From Candidatus Binatia bacterium (lineage in GTDB: Bacteria; Desulfobacterota; Binatia; UBA9968), in NCBI GenBank assembly GCA_041490745.1, contig JBGPTS010000003.1, forward strand, positions 1 through 50,618: 50,618 nt of DNA, in the 5' to 3' direction. Each line of letters starts with the position of its first letter. The first letter of the stretch is position 1. The notes under the pieces were generated by a model that was given only the letters and a program-made list of their open reading frames with translations, was not told where the DNA came from and ran no database searches. This document shows, one piece after another, positions 8,329-17,473 of this stretch. The translations under genes were made by a program, and so were the position numbers.

Positions 8329-9368
8329 AAACAGGAACAAGGCTCCGCCAAAAAGATTGGCGGATCAGCCTCAGGCTGAAACAGGCAATAGGCAACAGTA
8401 AAATCCGTAAACTCTTTCGCTTTTCGCTTTGCGCTATGCTTTTTGCGCTTTGCGTGTCCGCCGAGGCGCAGCAACCGCCGAAGGTTGCCAAGATCGGCAT
8501 TCTCGCCGACGTCAATTCGCCACCCGTCGAAGCCCTGCTTCAGGGACTTCGCGACCTCGGATATATCGAGGGTCAAAATATCCTCATTGAGTATCGCTAT
8601 GCCGAAGGGAAACGTGATCGGCTACCCGACTACGCCGCCGAATTGATCCGCCAGAAAGTCGACCTGATCGTAGCGGTATCTCAAGCCGTGCCCTACGCAG
8701 CGAAAAGCGTCAAGGACATTCCCGTTGTCTTCGGATTTAGCGGCGATGCAGTGGATGCCGGCTTGGTCGCGAGCCTGGCACGACCTGGGGCCAACGTGAC
8801 TGGCATGAGTTTTTTTGCCTCCACGCTTGCGGGCAAGCGAGTGGAGTTGCTCAAGGAAGCCTTGCCGGGGATATCGCGTATCGCAGTGCTGGCAAACCCC
8901 GGACATGCGGGGATACAAATCGAATTGCGAGAGACCCAAACTGTCGCCCGGGCTTTGGGTATGTCCGTTCAATATCAAACGGCGCAGGTTTCCAACGACT
9001 TCAGTCCGGCCTTTGACGCCATCGCCAAGTACAGGGGCAACGCCCTGATTACTTTTCCGGACGGTGTGATGTTGGCTCATCGACAAGAGATCGCGGAATT
9101 CGCAGCCAAGCAGCGGTTGGCAAGTGTTTCCGGATGGAGCGAGTTTGCCGACGCCGGCGGTCTGATGACCTATGGCCCGAACTTTCTTAACTCGTGGAGA
9201 CGGGTCGCCGTCTACGTGGACAAAATTCTAAAAGGCGCAAAGCCTGCCGACCTGCCGGTGGAGCAACCGACGAAGTTCGAGCTGGTGATCAATTTGAAAA
9301 CCGCCAAGCAGATCGGCGTGACGATTCCGCCGAATGTGCTGGCAAGGGCGGACAAGGTGATCAAGTAA
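8325..9368 (+). CDS. ABC_sub_bind-type substrate-binding protein, copy 2 (start uncertain: 8325 or 8436)
   Basis: Same family motifs; ATGA overlap with copy 1. Confidence 0.9.
   Translation: MKTGTRLRQKDWRISLRLKQAIGNSKIRKLFRFSLCAMLFALCVSAEAQQPPKVAKIGILADVNSPPVEALLQGLRDLGYIEGQNILIEYRYAEGKRDRLPDYAAELIRQKVDLIVAVSQAVPYAAKSVKDIPVVFGFSGDAVDAGLVASLARPGANVTGMSFFASTLAGKRVELLKEALPGISRIAVLANPGHAGIQIELRETQTVARALGMSVQYQTAQVSNDFSPAFDAIAKYRGNALITFPDGVMLAHRQEIAEFAAKQRLASVSGWSEFADAGGLMTYGPNFLNSWRRVAVYVDKILKGAKPADLPVEQPTKFELVINLKTAKQIGVTIPPNVLARADKVIK
8338..8381. repeat. 44-nt double-hairpin repeat, copy 1
   Basis: caaggctccgccaaaaagattggcggatcagcctcaggctgaaa, identical at 9378-9421. Confidence 0.9.
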
Positions 9369-9377
9369 GAACAGGAG

Positions 9378-9421
9378 CAAGGCTCCGCCAAAAAGATTGG
9401 CGGATCAGCCTCAGGCTGAAA
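9378..9421. repeat. 44-nt double-hairpin repeat, copy 2
   Basis: Identical to 8338-8381. Confidence 0.9.
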
Positions 9422-9445
9422 GAGGCAACAGTAAGAAAGAAAACC

Positions 9446-10426
9446 ATGACGAGAAAAATCTTTTGCCTTGTTCTGGGCGCTCTGCTTTTTGCGCTTTGCT
9501 TTTCGGTCGAGGCGCAGCAGGCGAATGTCTACCGTATAGGTTATTTATCAGCCCTATCCCTCTCTGCTGAATCAGCTCGCCTCGACGGATTCCGGCAAGC
9601 TCTGCGCGACTTGGGATACGTCGAGGGAAAAAACATTGTCATTGAGTATCGATTTGCGGAGGGAAAGTTTGACCGGCTCCCTCAGCTTGCCGCCGAACTG
9701 GTCCGTCTCAAAGTAGACGTCATCATCACGACCGGTCCGACATCCACCCGTGCTGCCAAGGAAGCAACTATCGCGATTCCCATTGTCATGGCGTTTGATA
9801 ATGACCCGGTTGGGAACAAGTTCATCGCCAGCCTTGCGCGTCCGGGTGGAAACATCACAGGATTGTCAACGTATTACCCGGAGATAAGCGGAAAGCAACT
9901 GGAGCTGCTGAAAGAGATCGTACCTAGGCTCTCCCGCGTGGCGGTGTTTGGAAATTCGGCCATTCCAGGCAACGCGCAAGCGTTAAGAGAGACAGAACTC
10001 GCCGCAGCGACGTTCGGCGTCCATCTTCAACATCTAGAAGTACGAGATCTCAAGGAGATTGAGACTGCATTCCGAGAGGCAAGGAAGGGGCGTGCCGACG
10101 GAGTGCTCGTGCTGACGAGCCCTGTCACCAACTCTCATCGATCACAGATCGTCGACCTTGCAATAAAGAACCGACTCCCGGCGATATATTACACGGCGGA
10201 GTGGGTGGAAGCTGGTGGGCTTCTGACCTACGGCGCGAACTTGATTGATTTGTGGCGCCGCGCCGCCACTTACATCGACAAAATTCTGAAGGGCGCCAAG
10301 CCCGCCGACCTGCCCGTCGAGCAGCCGACGAAGTTCGAGCTGGTGATCAATTTGAAAACGGCGAAGCAGATCGGCCTCACGATCCCGCCGAACGTGCTGG
10401 CGAGAGCGGACAGGGTGATTAAATAA
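9446..10426 (+). CDS. ABC_sub_bind-type substrate-binding protein, copy 3
   Basis: Signal peptide ..VEAQQ and the same family motifs. Confidence 0.92.
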   Translation: MTRKIFCLVLGALLFALCFSVEAQQANVYRIGYLSALSLSAESARLDGFRQALRDLGYVEGKNIVIEYRFAEGKFDRLPQLAAELVRLKVDVIITTGPTSTRAAKEATIAIPIVMAFDNDPVGNKFIASLARPGGNITGLSTYYPEISGKQLELLKEIVPRLSRVAVFGNSAIPGNAQALRETELAAATFGVHLQHLEVRDLKEIETAFREARKGRADGVLVLTSPVTNSHRSQIVDLAIKNRLPAIYYTAEWVEAGGLLTYGANLIDLWRRAATYIDKILKGAKPADLPVEQPTKFELVINLKTAKQIGLTIPPNVLARADRVIK

Positions 10427-10460
10427 AACCAGGCACGAGGCAAAAGGCACTAGGCAATAG
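10427..10460. repeat. Degenerate AGGCANN heptamer array
   Basis: caggcacgaggcaaaaggcactaggcaatag. Confidence 0.7.
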
Positions 10461-10477
10461 ACGGATAGGAGAAATTC

Positions 10478-11449
10478 ATGAACGCGAAAGCCGCGCGCTG
10501 GTTGTTTGCTCTCTTCCTGTTCACCGTATCTCTTCCGAGCGCTCACGCGCATGCGGCGCAGAAGGATTTACAAAGACTCACGGTCGGCTACACGCCGATT
10601 TCCGCTGCGGCGATCCCATTCTTCATCGCCGTGGAAGAAAAAATCTTTCAAAAATACGGCTTGGAGGTGGCTCCTATTTTCATGGGCGGTTCGCCGCTTA
10701 TCAACGCCGCGATTCTTGCCGGCGAATTCCCGATCGCCTTTACGGGTGGGGGCGGGGTCGTCTCGAGCCGTCTCGGCGGAAGCGATTTGATCGTTATCGG
10801 GACGCCGCTGCCCGCTCTCACCATCGACGGCTGGGCGAGGCCCGAGATCAAGTCCGTCGCCGAACTCAGGGGCAAGAGGATCGGTGTCACGCGCATCGCC
10901 ACGTCGAGCTATTTTGCCGGCGTTTCTATGTTGGACTCGGCGGGGATAAAACCCAACGAGGTAACCTTCATCCAAAACGGCGGCGTCGGAGAGTCGATGG
11001 CGGCTCTTCTGGGAGGTCGCGTGGATGTCTCCATGATCGGCTATCCCTTCGGACTGAGAGCCAAGAAAGAGGGTTTCCACATGCTCTTCCGACCGGCGGA
11101 TACGGAGTATGGTCTCTTTCCCACCGCCGTCATCACCGCGAGGGTATCCTGGTTGAAGGACGCAAAGAACCGACGAACGGCGGTAGATTTTTTGCGCGCG
11201 CTGCGGGAAGGCCAGTTTTTGGCCGGCACGGATGCCGCGGTAAGCAAGAGGGCGCTCGGGAAGTATACGCGAGTGAACGATGACGCGGCCTTGCAGGGCA
11301 GCTTCGATTTCTACGGGCCTTATTTTTCAAAGACCCTGAGAACCGAACCGAAGGTCATCGCCAATGCGCTCAAATTCCTCGAACAGCCGAAGGCCAAGCA
11401 GGCCGACCCGACGCAGTTTTACGACAACAGTTTGCTCGACGAGCGATGA
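10478..11449 (+). CDS. NMT1/SsuA-like ABC substrate-binding protein (orphan)
   Basis: Signal peptide; IFQKYGLEV, ELRGKRIGVT, QFYDNSLL. Confidence 0.85.
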   Translation: MNAKAARWLFALFLFTVSLPSAHAHAAQKDLQRLTVGYTPISAAAIPFFIAVEEKIFQKYGLEVAPIFMGGSPLINAAILAGEFPIAFTGGGGVVSSRLGGSDLIVIGTPLPALTIDGWARPEIKSVAELRGKRIGVTRIATSSYFAGVSMLDSAGIKPNEVTFIQNGGVGESMAALLGGRVDVSMIGYPFGLRAKKEGFHMLFRPADTEYGLFPTAVITARVSWLKDAKNRRTAVDFLRALREGQFLAGTDAAVSKRALGKYTRVNDDAALQGSFDFYGPYFSKTLRTEPKVIANALKFLEQPKAKQADPTQFYDNSLLDER

Positions 11450-11480
11450 AGCAGGATGCAGGCGCGGGCGGACAAAGCCG

Positions 11481-11861
11481 TCAGGTGAGTGCGATGAGGT
11501 CGATCTCGACCAGCGCCCCTCTGGGAAGCTCCGCCACCGCGACGGTCGAGCGCGCCGGTTTCGAATTGCCAAAATATTCCGCATAGACTTCGTTCATCGC
11601 CTGAAAGTCCGCCATATTTTTTAGAAACACGGTTGCCTTCACGACACGGTCGATCGACGAACCCGCCGCGGCCAGAACGGCCTTGAGATTTTCCAGCACC
11701 TGCCGCGTTTCAGCGGAAATGCCGCCCGCCACCAGGTTGCCCGTCTTAGGGTCGAGAGGAATTTGTCCGGCGGTGAAGACGAAGCCGTCGATCTTTATCG
11801 CCTGCTCATAGGGGCCGATCGCTTTCGGCGCGCCGTCGGTTCGAATCGCTTCGCGGTTCAT
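11481..11861 (-). CDS. ridA: RidA family reactive intermediate/imine deaminase
   Basis: [46 protein letters not shown]. Confidence 0.93.
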   Translation of the reverse strand: MNREAIRTDGAPKAIGPYEQAIKIDGFVFTAGQIPLDPKTGNLVAGGISAETRQVLENLKAVLAAAGSSIDRVVKATVFLKNMADFQAMNEVYAEYFGNSKPARSTVAVAELPRGALVEIDLIALT

Positions 11862-11983
11862 TTGGGTCTCCTTCAGATGCTAGTTGCTGGAAAATCGTAT
11901 ATACCAGTCGGTGCGCTTCGACAACTTCATTTCTTGAACTTCCGGCCGTCTTCGTCCTATGATGATCTCTGCGTGATGCCGCC

Positions 11984-12175
11984 ATGACCCTGCTGACCGC
12001 CCATAAAATTTTGATCTCGGCCGCGGTGATTTTTTTCTTCGGGTTCGCGCTCCGGGAGCTGCGGGTCTATTTCGACACCGGGAACGTATGGGCGGCCTTC
12101 CAGAGCCTTCTCTATCTCCTGGTCTCGGTCGGCTTCGGCATTTATCTAGCCTCGCTCAAGAAGTGTATCAAGTGA
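11984..12175 (+). CDS. Small hypothetical membrane protein (2 TM)
   Basis: 63 aa with two hydrophobic helices. Confidence 0.65.
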   Translation: MTLLTAHKILISAAVIFFFGFALRELRVYFDTGNVWAAFQSLLYLLVSVGFGIYLASLKKCIK

Positions 12176-12176
12176 T

Positions 12177-12309
12177 CACACCGTTGAAAACGCCCATATG
12201 CTTCGTTGCGCTCGACCTCCTCGCTCGACGTACGAAAAGAGTACGCCTGCGCTCGTCGGTTTCTCGCGCGCCTCGCGGCTATCTTAACTTGGACGTTTTG
12301 ACCGGTCTG
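12177..12309. mobile_element. ~130-bp MITE-like repeat, copy 2
   Basis: cacaccgttgaaaa...ttttgaccggtctg ends; same core as copies 1 and 3. Confidence 0.75.
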
Positions 12310-12348
12310 AAAAAAGAGTTTTCAATTTAGAATAGGAATCGCAGCTCG

Positions 12349-12645
12349 ATGAGAGAAGAAGCCTCTTTTTTTGTCACCGCGAGCGACGAGGAAATCCGGC
12401 GCGAACGGCAGAAAGCGCGCGAGCTGCGCGCGAGTCAGTGGTGGAAGCGCCGGCGCGCGACGGGAATTTGCCACTACTGCGAGAAAAAATGTTCGCCCGA
12501 CGCGCTCACGATGGATCACATCATGCCGATCGTCCGCGGCGGTAAGAGCACGAAGGGAAACGTCGTCACCGCGTGCAAGGAGTGCAACAACAAGAAGAAA
12601 CATAGCCTCGTCTGGGAAGGGATGGCGGAAAAGGATAAAGGATGA
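12349..12645 (+). CDS. Short HNH endonuclease
   Basis: CHYC...TMDHIMPIVRGG...NVVTACKECNNKK. Confidence 0.9.
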   Translation: MREEASFFVTASDEEIRRERQKARELRASQWWKRRRATGICHYCEKKCSPDALTMDHIMPIVRGGKSTKGNVVTACKECNNKKKHSLVWEGMAEKDKG

Positions 12646-12700
12646 GGGATGAAGGATGAAAGGGGAGGAACTCAAGAAGGGATGAAGGATGAGGGATGAA
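12633..12700. repeat. GGATGAA/GGATGAG heptamer arrays
   Basis: Two runs; contain the HNH stop codon and the macrodomain start codon. Confidence 0.75.
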
Positions 12701-13256
12701 AGCGGAAGAGCTAAAAAGATTTTTAAATGACCGGATCATCGTCAAGGTCGGCGACATTACGAAAGAGGACGTGGACGCGATCGTCAACGCGGCGAACGGG
12801 ACGCTCATGGGCGGCGGCGGAGTCGATGGGGCGATCCATCGCGCCGGCGGGCCTGAAATCAAAATACAATGCGCGGAGATTCGCCGGACGAAATATCCCG
12901 ACGGCCTTCCGGCCGGGCAGGCGGTGATCACGGGCGCGGGAAAAATGGCGGCGAAGCACGTCATCCACACCGTGGGTCCGGTTTACGGCAGAGGGGGAGA
13001 GGAGAAAGCGGCGCTGCTCGCGGATTGCTATCGCAACTCTTTAGCTCTCGCTGCACGTGAGGTGATCGAGACGATCGCCTTCCCGGCGATCTCCACGGGT
13101 ATTTACGGCTATCCGCTCGAAGAGGCGGCCGAGGTTTCTTCCCGCGCGGTGGAGGAATTTATTGCCGCCGAGGCTTCGATTCAAGAAGTGCGTCTGGTCT
13201 TTTTCAGTCCGAGCGACGCCGAGGTCTTTCTAAAGTATCAGCGTTTTTCGCTCTAG
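12696..13256 (+). CDS. Macrodomain O-acetyl-ADP-ribose deacetylase (YmdB-like)
   Basis: GDIT..VDAIVNAAN, GGGGVDGAIHRAGG, VIHTVGP, FPAISTGIYGYP. Confidence 0.93.
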   Translation: MKAEELKRFLNDRIIVKVGDITKEDVDAIVNAANGTLMGGGGVDGAIHRAGGPEIKIQCAEIRRTKYPDGLPAGQAVITGAGKMAAKHVIHTVGPVYGRGGEEKAALLADCYRNSLALAAREVIETIAFPAISTGIYGYPLEEAAEVSSRAVEEFIAAEASIQEVRLVFFSPSDAEVFLKYQRFSL

Positions 13257-13257
13257 C

Positions 13258-14277
13258 CTACTTCGTATAAAGATTTTTGATAAACCCGGAATCCTCCAGC
13301 TCCTTCACGAACCGCGTGTCGATGTAATCTTTGGCGTTGGCCAGGGCCGCCTTCGGGTTGGTCGCCGCCATATCCTGCAAGACCAGTTGGTAACCGTCGA
13401 GCGGCGGATAGGGCGCGTCGGGAATGTAGCGCGTGTGCCACTGCCAGGTTTCCTCCTGCGCCTTGCGGTCCTCAAGGCGCGAATACTTTTGCGAAATCTT
13501 GATCGTCTCCTCCTTGCGCGTCTTGTAGAAGTGAATCGCTTCCACGTATGCCCGCATGTAGCGGCGCACGGTGTCGGGATGTTCGCGGATAAATCGCGTC
13601 GAGGTATAGACGCCGTTTTGCGGAAACGGGATTTGCAACGCCGCCATATCGACCACGGTGGGGAAGCCGAGCTTCTCGGCCATCGCCTTTCCCGGCTCGG
13701 TCACCACGGTGAAGTTGACGATGCCTTTCTCGAGCGCGATCATGCGATCGAGCGATCCGCCGATGACGCGGAGATTCACATCTCTCAGCGGGTCGAGGCC
13801 CAGCTTCTTGAGTCCGACGCGGAGCGCAAACTCCGCGGTGGTGCCGGCGATGTGGTTGCCGCCGATTTTGCCTTTCAAGTCTTCGGGCCTTTTAATGCTT
13901 GGCTGCGCGACCAGATAATAGGGCAAGACGTTGACGTTGCCCGCGATCGCCACGACGTCGCCGCCCGCCAGGCGCGCGCTGGTGAGTCCGGGGCCGCCGC
14001 CTTCGCCGATCAAAATTTCGCCGGCGAGAATCGACTGGATGCCGCGCACGCTGCCGGAAATAAAAATGATGGTCGCATCCAGCCCATGCTTCTCGAACAG
14101 GCGCGCGTCTTTCGCTACCCAGATGATCGACGAGGATCCCGGCGAGACCGAGATGTATGAACTGTAGATCTTTTCCGCCGCCGCGACGCTGAGGGGCATG
14201 AGCGCCAGAAATGAAAACCCGGCCGCGAACAGAAGGAATGAGAACGGGGCTGTCCGGCTGCGTTTTTGTGTGCGCAT
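13258..14277 (-). CDS. NMT1/SsuA-like ABC substrate-binding protein (orphan)
   Basis: ATG at 14277 after GGAGG; signal peptide; LFEKHGLD, EDLKGK, DTRFVKELEDSGFI. Confidence 0.85.
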   Translation of the reverse strand: MRTQKRSRTAPFSFLLFAAGFSFLALMPLSVAAAEKIYSSYISVSPGSSSIIWVAKDARLFEKHGLDATIIFISGSVRGIQSILAGEILIGEGGGPGLTSARLAGGDVVAIAGNVNVLPYYLVAQPSIKRPEDLKGKIGGNHIAGTTAEFALRVGLKKLGLDPLRDVNLRVIGGSLDRMIALEKGIVNFTVVTEPGKAMAEKLGFPTVVDMAALQIPFPQNGVYTSTRFIREHPDTVRRYMRAYVEAIHFYKTRKEETIKISQKYSRLEDRKAQEETWQWHTRYIPDAPYPPLDGYQLVLQDMAATNPKAALANAKDYIDTRFVKELEDSGFIKNLYTK

Positions 14278-14343
14278 AGAACCTCCCTTTGAGCGTCCGA
14301 TGTTAGCACTTCGCGCGGTCGGCGCAAATAAAAAAATCGCCGA

Positions 14344-14372
14344 TTGACAGGCAGGGAGCGCGCGTCTATCTT
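14344..14372 (+). promoter_or_regulatory. Putative sigma70 promoter of the HAD gene
   Basis: TTGACA-17 nt-TATCTT. Confidence 0.6.
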
Positions 14373-14391
14373 GGCTTTCGGCGACCGGGGA

Positions 14392-15039
14392 ATGAAGAAA
14401 GAAGTAGATCTGCTCATGTTCGATCTCGACGGGACGCTGGCCGCGACCGGCCGCGACCTCGCCGGCTCGGTGAATTACACGCGCTCGCTCCTCGGCCTGG
14501 AGCCGCTGGACGACGCCGTCGTCTTCCGGTGCGTAGGGCACGGCACCGAACACCTCATCCGATGCTCGCTGCCGGAAGAATATGAAAACCGTTTTGAAGA
14601 GATGCTCGCGCGCTTTCTCGTCCACTATGAGAAACATCTCCTCGACACGACCGTGCTCTATCCCCATGTCGAAGAGATCCTGCAACGGTTCAGCGGCAAG
14701 AGGCGGGCCGTGGTTACCAACAAGCGCGAGTACCTAGCGGTGGGCGTCTTGCGCGGCCTGGGGATCGAAAAATATTTCGACGCGATCGTCGGCGGCGACT
14801 CGGGCTTGAACAAGAAGCCCGATCCGAGCGCGGTGAACCACGTGCTCGCCGAGCTTAAAGTCGAAGCTCGCAAGGCGGTGATGATCGGCGACGGCGACAC
14901 CGACATCGCGGCGGGAAAAGCGGCCGGCGTTTATACCTGCGGCGTGACTTATGGGTTGTGCGAGAGAGAAGAACTGGTGGCGGCGCGGCCGGATGTGGTC
15001 ATCGACGATCTTCGCGAGCTGACGAATTACATTTGTTGA
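14392..15039 (+). CDS. HAD-IA hydrolase (phosphoglycolate phosphatase-like)
   Basis: FDLDGTL, VVTNK, KKPDP, MIGDGDTDI. Confidence 0.9.
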   Translation: MKKEVDLLMFDLDGTLAATGRDLAGSVNYTRSLLGLEPLDDAVVFRCVGHGTEHLIRCSLPEEYENRFEEMLARFLVHYEKHLLDTTVLYPHVEEILQRFSGKRRAVVTNKREYLAVGVLRGLGIEKYFDAIVGGDSGLNKKPDPSAVNHVLAELKVEARKAVMIGDGDTDIAAGKAAGVYTCGVTYGLCEREELVAARPDVVIDDLRELTNYIC

Positions 15040-15071
15040 CGGCGAAAAAATTACCGAAGGAGGACACGCTC

Positions 15072-15470
15072 ATGGCAAATCCGATTCCGGAAAAATATCG
15101 CGATCTCTTTACCAAGCAGTCGTTCGCCCATCTCGGCACGTTGATGCCGGACGGCAGCCCGCAGGTGACGCCGGTGTGGGTCGATTACGACGGCAACTAC
15201 ATCCGGGTCAACACCGCCAAGGGACGCGTAAAAGACAAGAACATGCGGCGCAATAGGAAAGTCGCGCTCTCGATCGCCGATCCGGAAAACCCGTATCGCC
15301 ACTTGTCGGTGCGCGGCGAGGTGGAAGAAATCACCGAGCAGGGCGCCGACGCGCACATCGATTCGCTGGCGAAAAAATATCTCGGCAAGGACAAATATCC
15401 CTTTCGCCAGCCGGGCGAGGTTCGCGTCATTTACAAGATCCGCCCGGAAAAAGTCGCCGCGATGGGCTAG
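15072..15470 (+). CDS. PPOX-class (F420-dependent-like) oxidoreductase, pyridoxamine 5'-phosphate oxidase family
   Basis: LGTLMPDGSPQVTPVW, GRVKDKN, NPYRHLSVRG. Confidence 0.88.
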   Translation: MANPIPEKYRDLFTKQSFAHLGTLMPDGSPQVTPVWVDYDGNYIRVNTAKGRVKDKNMRRNRKVALSIADPENPYRHLSVRGEVEEITEQGADAHIDSLAKKYLGKDKYPFRQPGEVRVIYKIRPEKVAAMG

Positions 15471-15477
15471 TGATGTG

Positions 15478-16059
15478 ATGATGCGAACGTTTGCGCTGCT
15501 GTTGGTTTGCGGGATTTTTTCAACCGCGCTTGCGGCGTGCGGGAAAAAACCCGATCTCGTCAAGCGCGGAGAATATCTCGTCGCGATAGCCGGCTGCCAC
15601 GATTGTCATACACCCAAAGTTCAGGGTCCGGACGGAGCGCCCGCGCCGGACACGACGCGCCTGCTCTCCGGTCATCCGGAAAATCTGCCGTATCCGAATT
15701 GGGCGCCGGAAGATTTATCGCAGCGCAATGCGATGGCGCTGACGACTCCGATGCTGACCGCGTGGGCGGGGCCATGGGGCGTGAGCTTTGCCGTGAATCT
15801 CACGCCGGACAAAGCGACGGGAATCGGCGAGTGGAGCGAAGAAACTTTTATCCGCGCGATCCGCGCGGGAAAACATCAAGGACAACCCAACGGCCGCGGT
15901 ATTCTGCCGCCGATGCCGTGGCAGGATTACAAGCAGGCCACGGACGAAGATTTGAAAGCGATGTGGGCGTATCTGAGAAGCCTGCCGCCGATTAAGAATC
16001 AGGTTCCTTTGCCGGTGCCGCCTGCCGGTAGCGCACCGCAGCCCTCGGACAAGAAGTAA
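15478..16059 (+). CDS. Cytochrome c lipoprotein
   Basis: Lipobox LAAC; heme motif CHDCH; NLTPDKATGIG; distal ligand candidate PPMPW. Confidence 0.85.
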   Translation: MMRTFALLLVCGIFSTALAACGKKPDLVKRGEYLVAIAGCHDCHTPKVQGPDGAPAPDTTRLLSGHPENLPYPNWAPEDLSQRNAMALTTPMLTAWAGPWGVSFAVNLTPDKATGIGEWSEETFIRAIRAGKHQGQPNGRGILPPMPWQDYKQATDEDLKAMWAYLRSLPPIKNQVPLPVPPAGSAPQPSDKK

Positions 16060-16063
16060 GTAG

Positions 16064-16145
16064 ATTTACGCCGGTCCCAGCCGCCGCTCCAGATAGCCGG
16101 CGTAGCGCGACATCGCGTAGGCGCAGAGCCAGTAAACGACGGCGA
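16064..16145 (-). repeat. Displaced duplicate of the 3' end of the amino-acid ABC permease gene (partner copy 17717-17798)
   Basis: 82 nt, 7 mismatches, all synonymous in the permease frame, includes the TAA stop. Confidence 0.92.
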
Positions 16146-16146
16146 C

Positions 16147-16165
16147 ATCCCAAGATTCTTGGGAT
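16147..16165. other. Perfect inverted repeat at the islet junction
   Basis: atcccaaga-t-tcttgggat. Confidence 0.5.
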
Positions 16166-16177
16166 AGCTCCGATTAG

Positions 16178-17155
16178 CTATCTTTTCATGACATCCGAAC
16201 TCCTGAACTCTGATTTCACTTTAGGGAATCCCGCTCCGGTTTCATTCATCAGCTTCGGAAGAGTAGATCTCAGCCACCGACAAAATGATTTAAAAGAATC
16301 AGCTCCCATTTGCCGAGTTAGGTCATCTATCGATTTAGTCCAAAGAGCTCTGTACCGGGGGTTATAGCCGCCCACCATCTGAATAGTAGAGTTTCCCCTG
16401 TTATCAGCATCTATGGCTGTGTATCCTAAAAGCTGCCAGAGATCTTCACCTTTAAATAGACGAACCGAAACTTTAAGATCAAGAAGGAGATTTCTGATCA
16501 GAAGATCGCCAGTAGCGGCCACCTCTATTTTTCCCCAGGCACCGCCGAAGGATGGCTTATAGCAGAGGGGCTTCCTTTGGGGTAAATCCTCTTTTGTGGC
16601 TTCGACTAGAGTTTGCAGCTCACTGATAAATTCGTCTGGGTATCGTTTCCTGAGCATTAGGCGGAGGTCGTCTGCCGGTTGCACTCGCACCTTAGGTAAG
16701 GGTACTGCCGGATCAAATCCACTGGCCTTCGCGCGTAGGTCAATCAGGAGGACGAGAGCACGGACGAGATCGAGTTGTCGTTCCCCTTTCTTTCCTGCAC
16801 AGAAGGCTGACGTTTCTCTCCGAAGAAGATCTTCAAGTGGATCGAAGAGCGACTGGAGCTGTGCTGACAAACTCAATGAATATACGTGCTTTCGAATAGG
16901 CAGGAGGTGAGACCTACCAGCGAAAAGCAATCCGACTGCATGGTCATAGACTTCACCGAGGTAACCATAACGTCGGTTTTTGGATACCCATGGACAGGGT
17001 GGGATTACTAACTTGTCATTAAAGGACCGATTGATTGTCGAAACGCAGTTCTTTGTCAACGGTAGGTACGCCTGCCAAGCACTGCGCACGTTTTTATAGC
17101 CAAAAAGATCAGTGAGGGTCACCTCATATCCCAGAAAGTTTTTCCAGTTACTCAT
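16178..17155 (-). CDS. Hypothetical protein with C-terminal PD-(D/E)XK-like nuclease motif
   Basis: AT-richer ORF; GDLL...LLDLK followed by QLLGY. Confidence 0.6.
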   Translation of the reverse strand: MSNWKNFLGYEVTLTDLFGYKNVRSAWQAYLPLTKNCVSTINRSFNDKLVIPPCPWVSKNRRYGYLGEVYDHAVGLLFAGRSHLLPIRKHVYSLSLSAQLQSLFDPLEDLLRRETSAFCAGKKGERQLDLVRALVLLIDLRAKASGFDPAVPLPKVRVQPADDLRLMLRKRYPDEFISELQTLVEATKEDLPQRKPLCYKPSFGGAWGKIEVAATGDLLIRNLLLDLKVSVRLFKGEDLWQLLGYTAIDADNRGNSTIQMVGGYNPRYRALWTKSIDDLTRQMGADSFKSFCRWLRSTLPKLMNETGAGFPKVKSEFRSSDVMKR

Positions 17156-17266
17156 CAGTGTTGTTCAGTCATCAACAACATGGAAAGACAGCAAACATAA
17201 AAGTTTACTGCGAGAAGCAACTAGGCTTAAGCGTATCTGGGGGAAGAGGTTACCTGATCGTTGCTT

Positions 17267-17473
17267 CTACCCGGCAGGCTTTGACACCTCAAGCTTGAAA
17301 AGATTGCGTAGCGGGACACGCTCGCTGGCATCGAGGATTTCCAGCGCGACAATTTTATCTTTGTCGGTTACGTGAAGAATAACTCCCTCTTTGATCTCGA
17401 TGGCGCCAGCAGGTCGTTTTGTGGAAAACCGGATCAGCGCGGCATCCGCTTCTTTATCGTATTGGACTTTCAT
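17267..17473 (-). CDS. DUF2283-family putative antitoxin
   Basis: MKVQYDKEADAALIRF...IVALEILDAS. Confidence 0.85.
   Translation of the reverse strand: MKVQYDKEADAALIRFSTKRPAGAIEIKEGVILHVTDKDKIVALEILDASERVPLRNLFKLEVSKPAG

Noticed and set aside
8338-9421. Identical palindromic repeats as a possible CRISPR array
   Set aside because: Only two copies, about 1 kb apart, separated by a gene; no cas genes
12349-13256. HNH plus macrodomain pair as an ADP-ribosylation or defence system
   Set aside because: Host-like GC and codon usage; canonical YmdB-type macrodomain and short HNH; no ADP-ribosyltransferase, TIR or sirtuin partner nearby
13258-14685. N-terminal extensions in the ORF track (this SBP, 8154, 9194, 14958, 47184, 42431)
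   Set aside because: They overlap neighbouring genes or repeats; downstream starts fit RBS, signal peptide or family N-termini better
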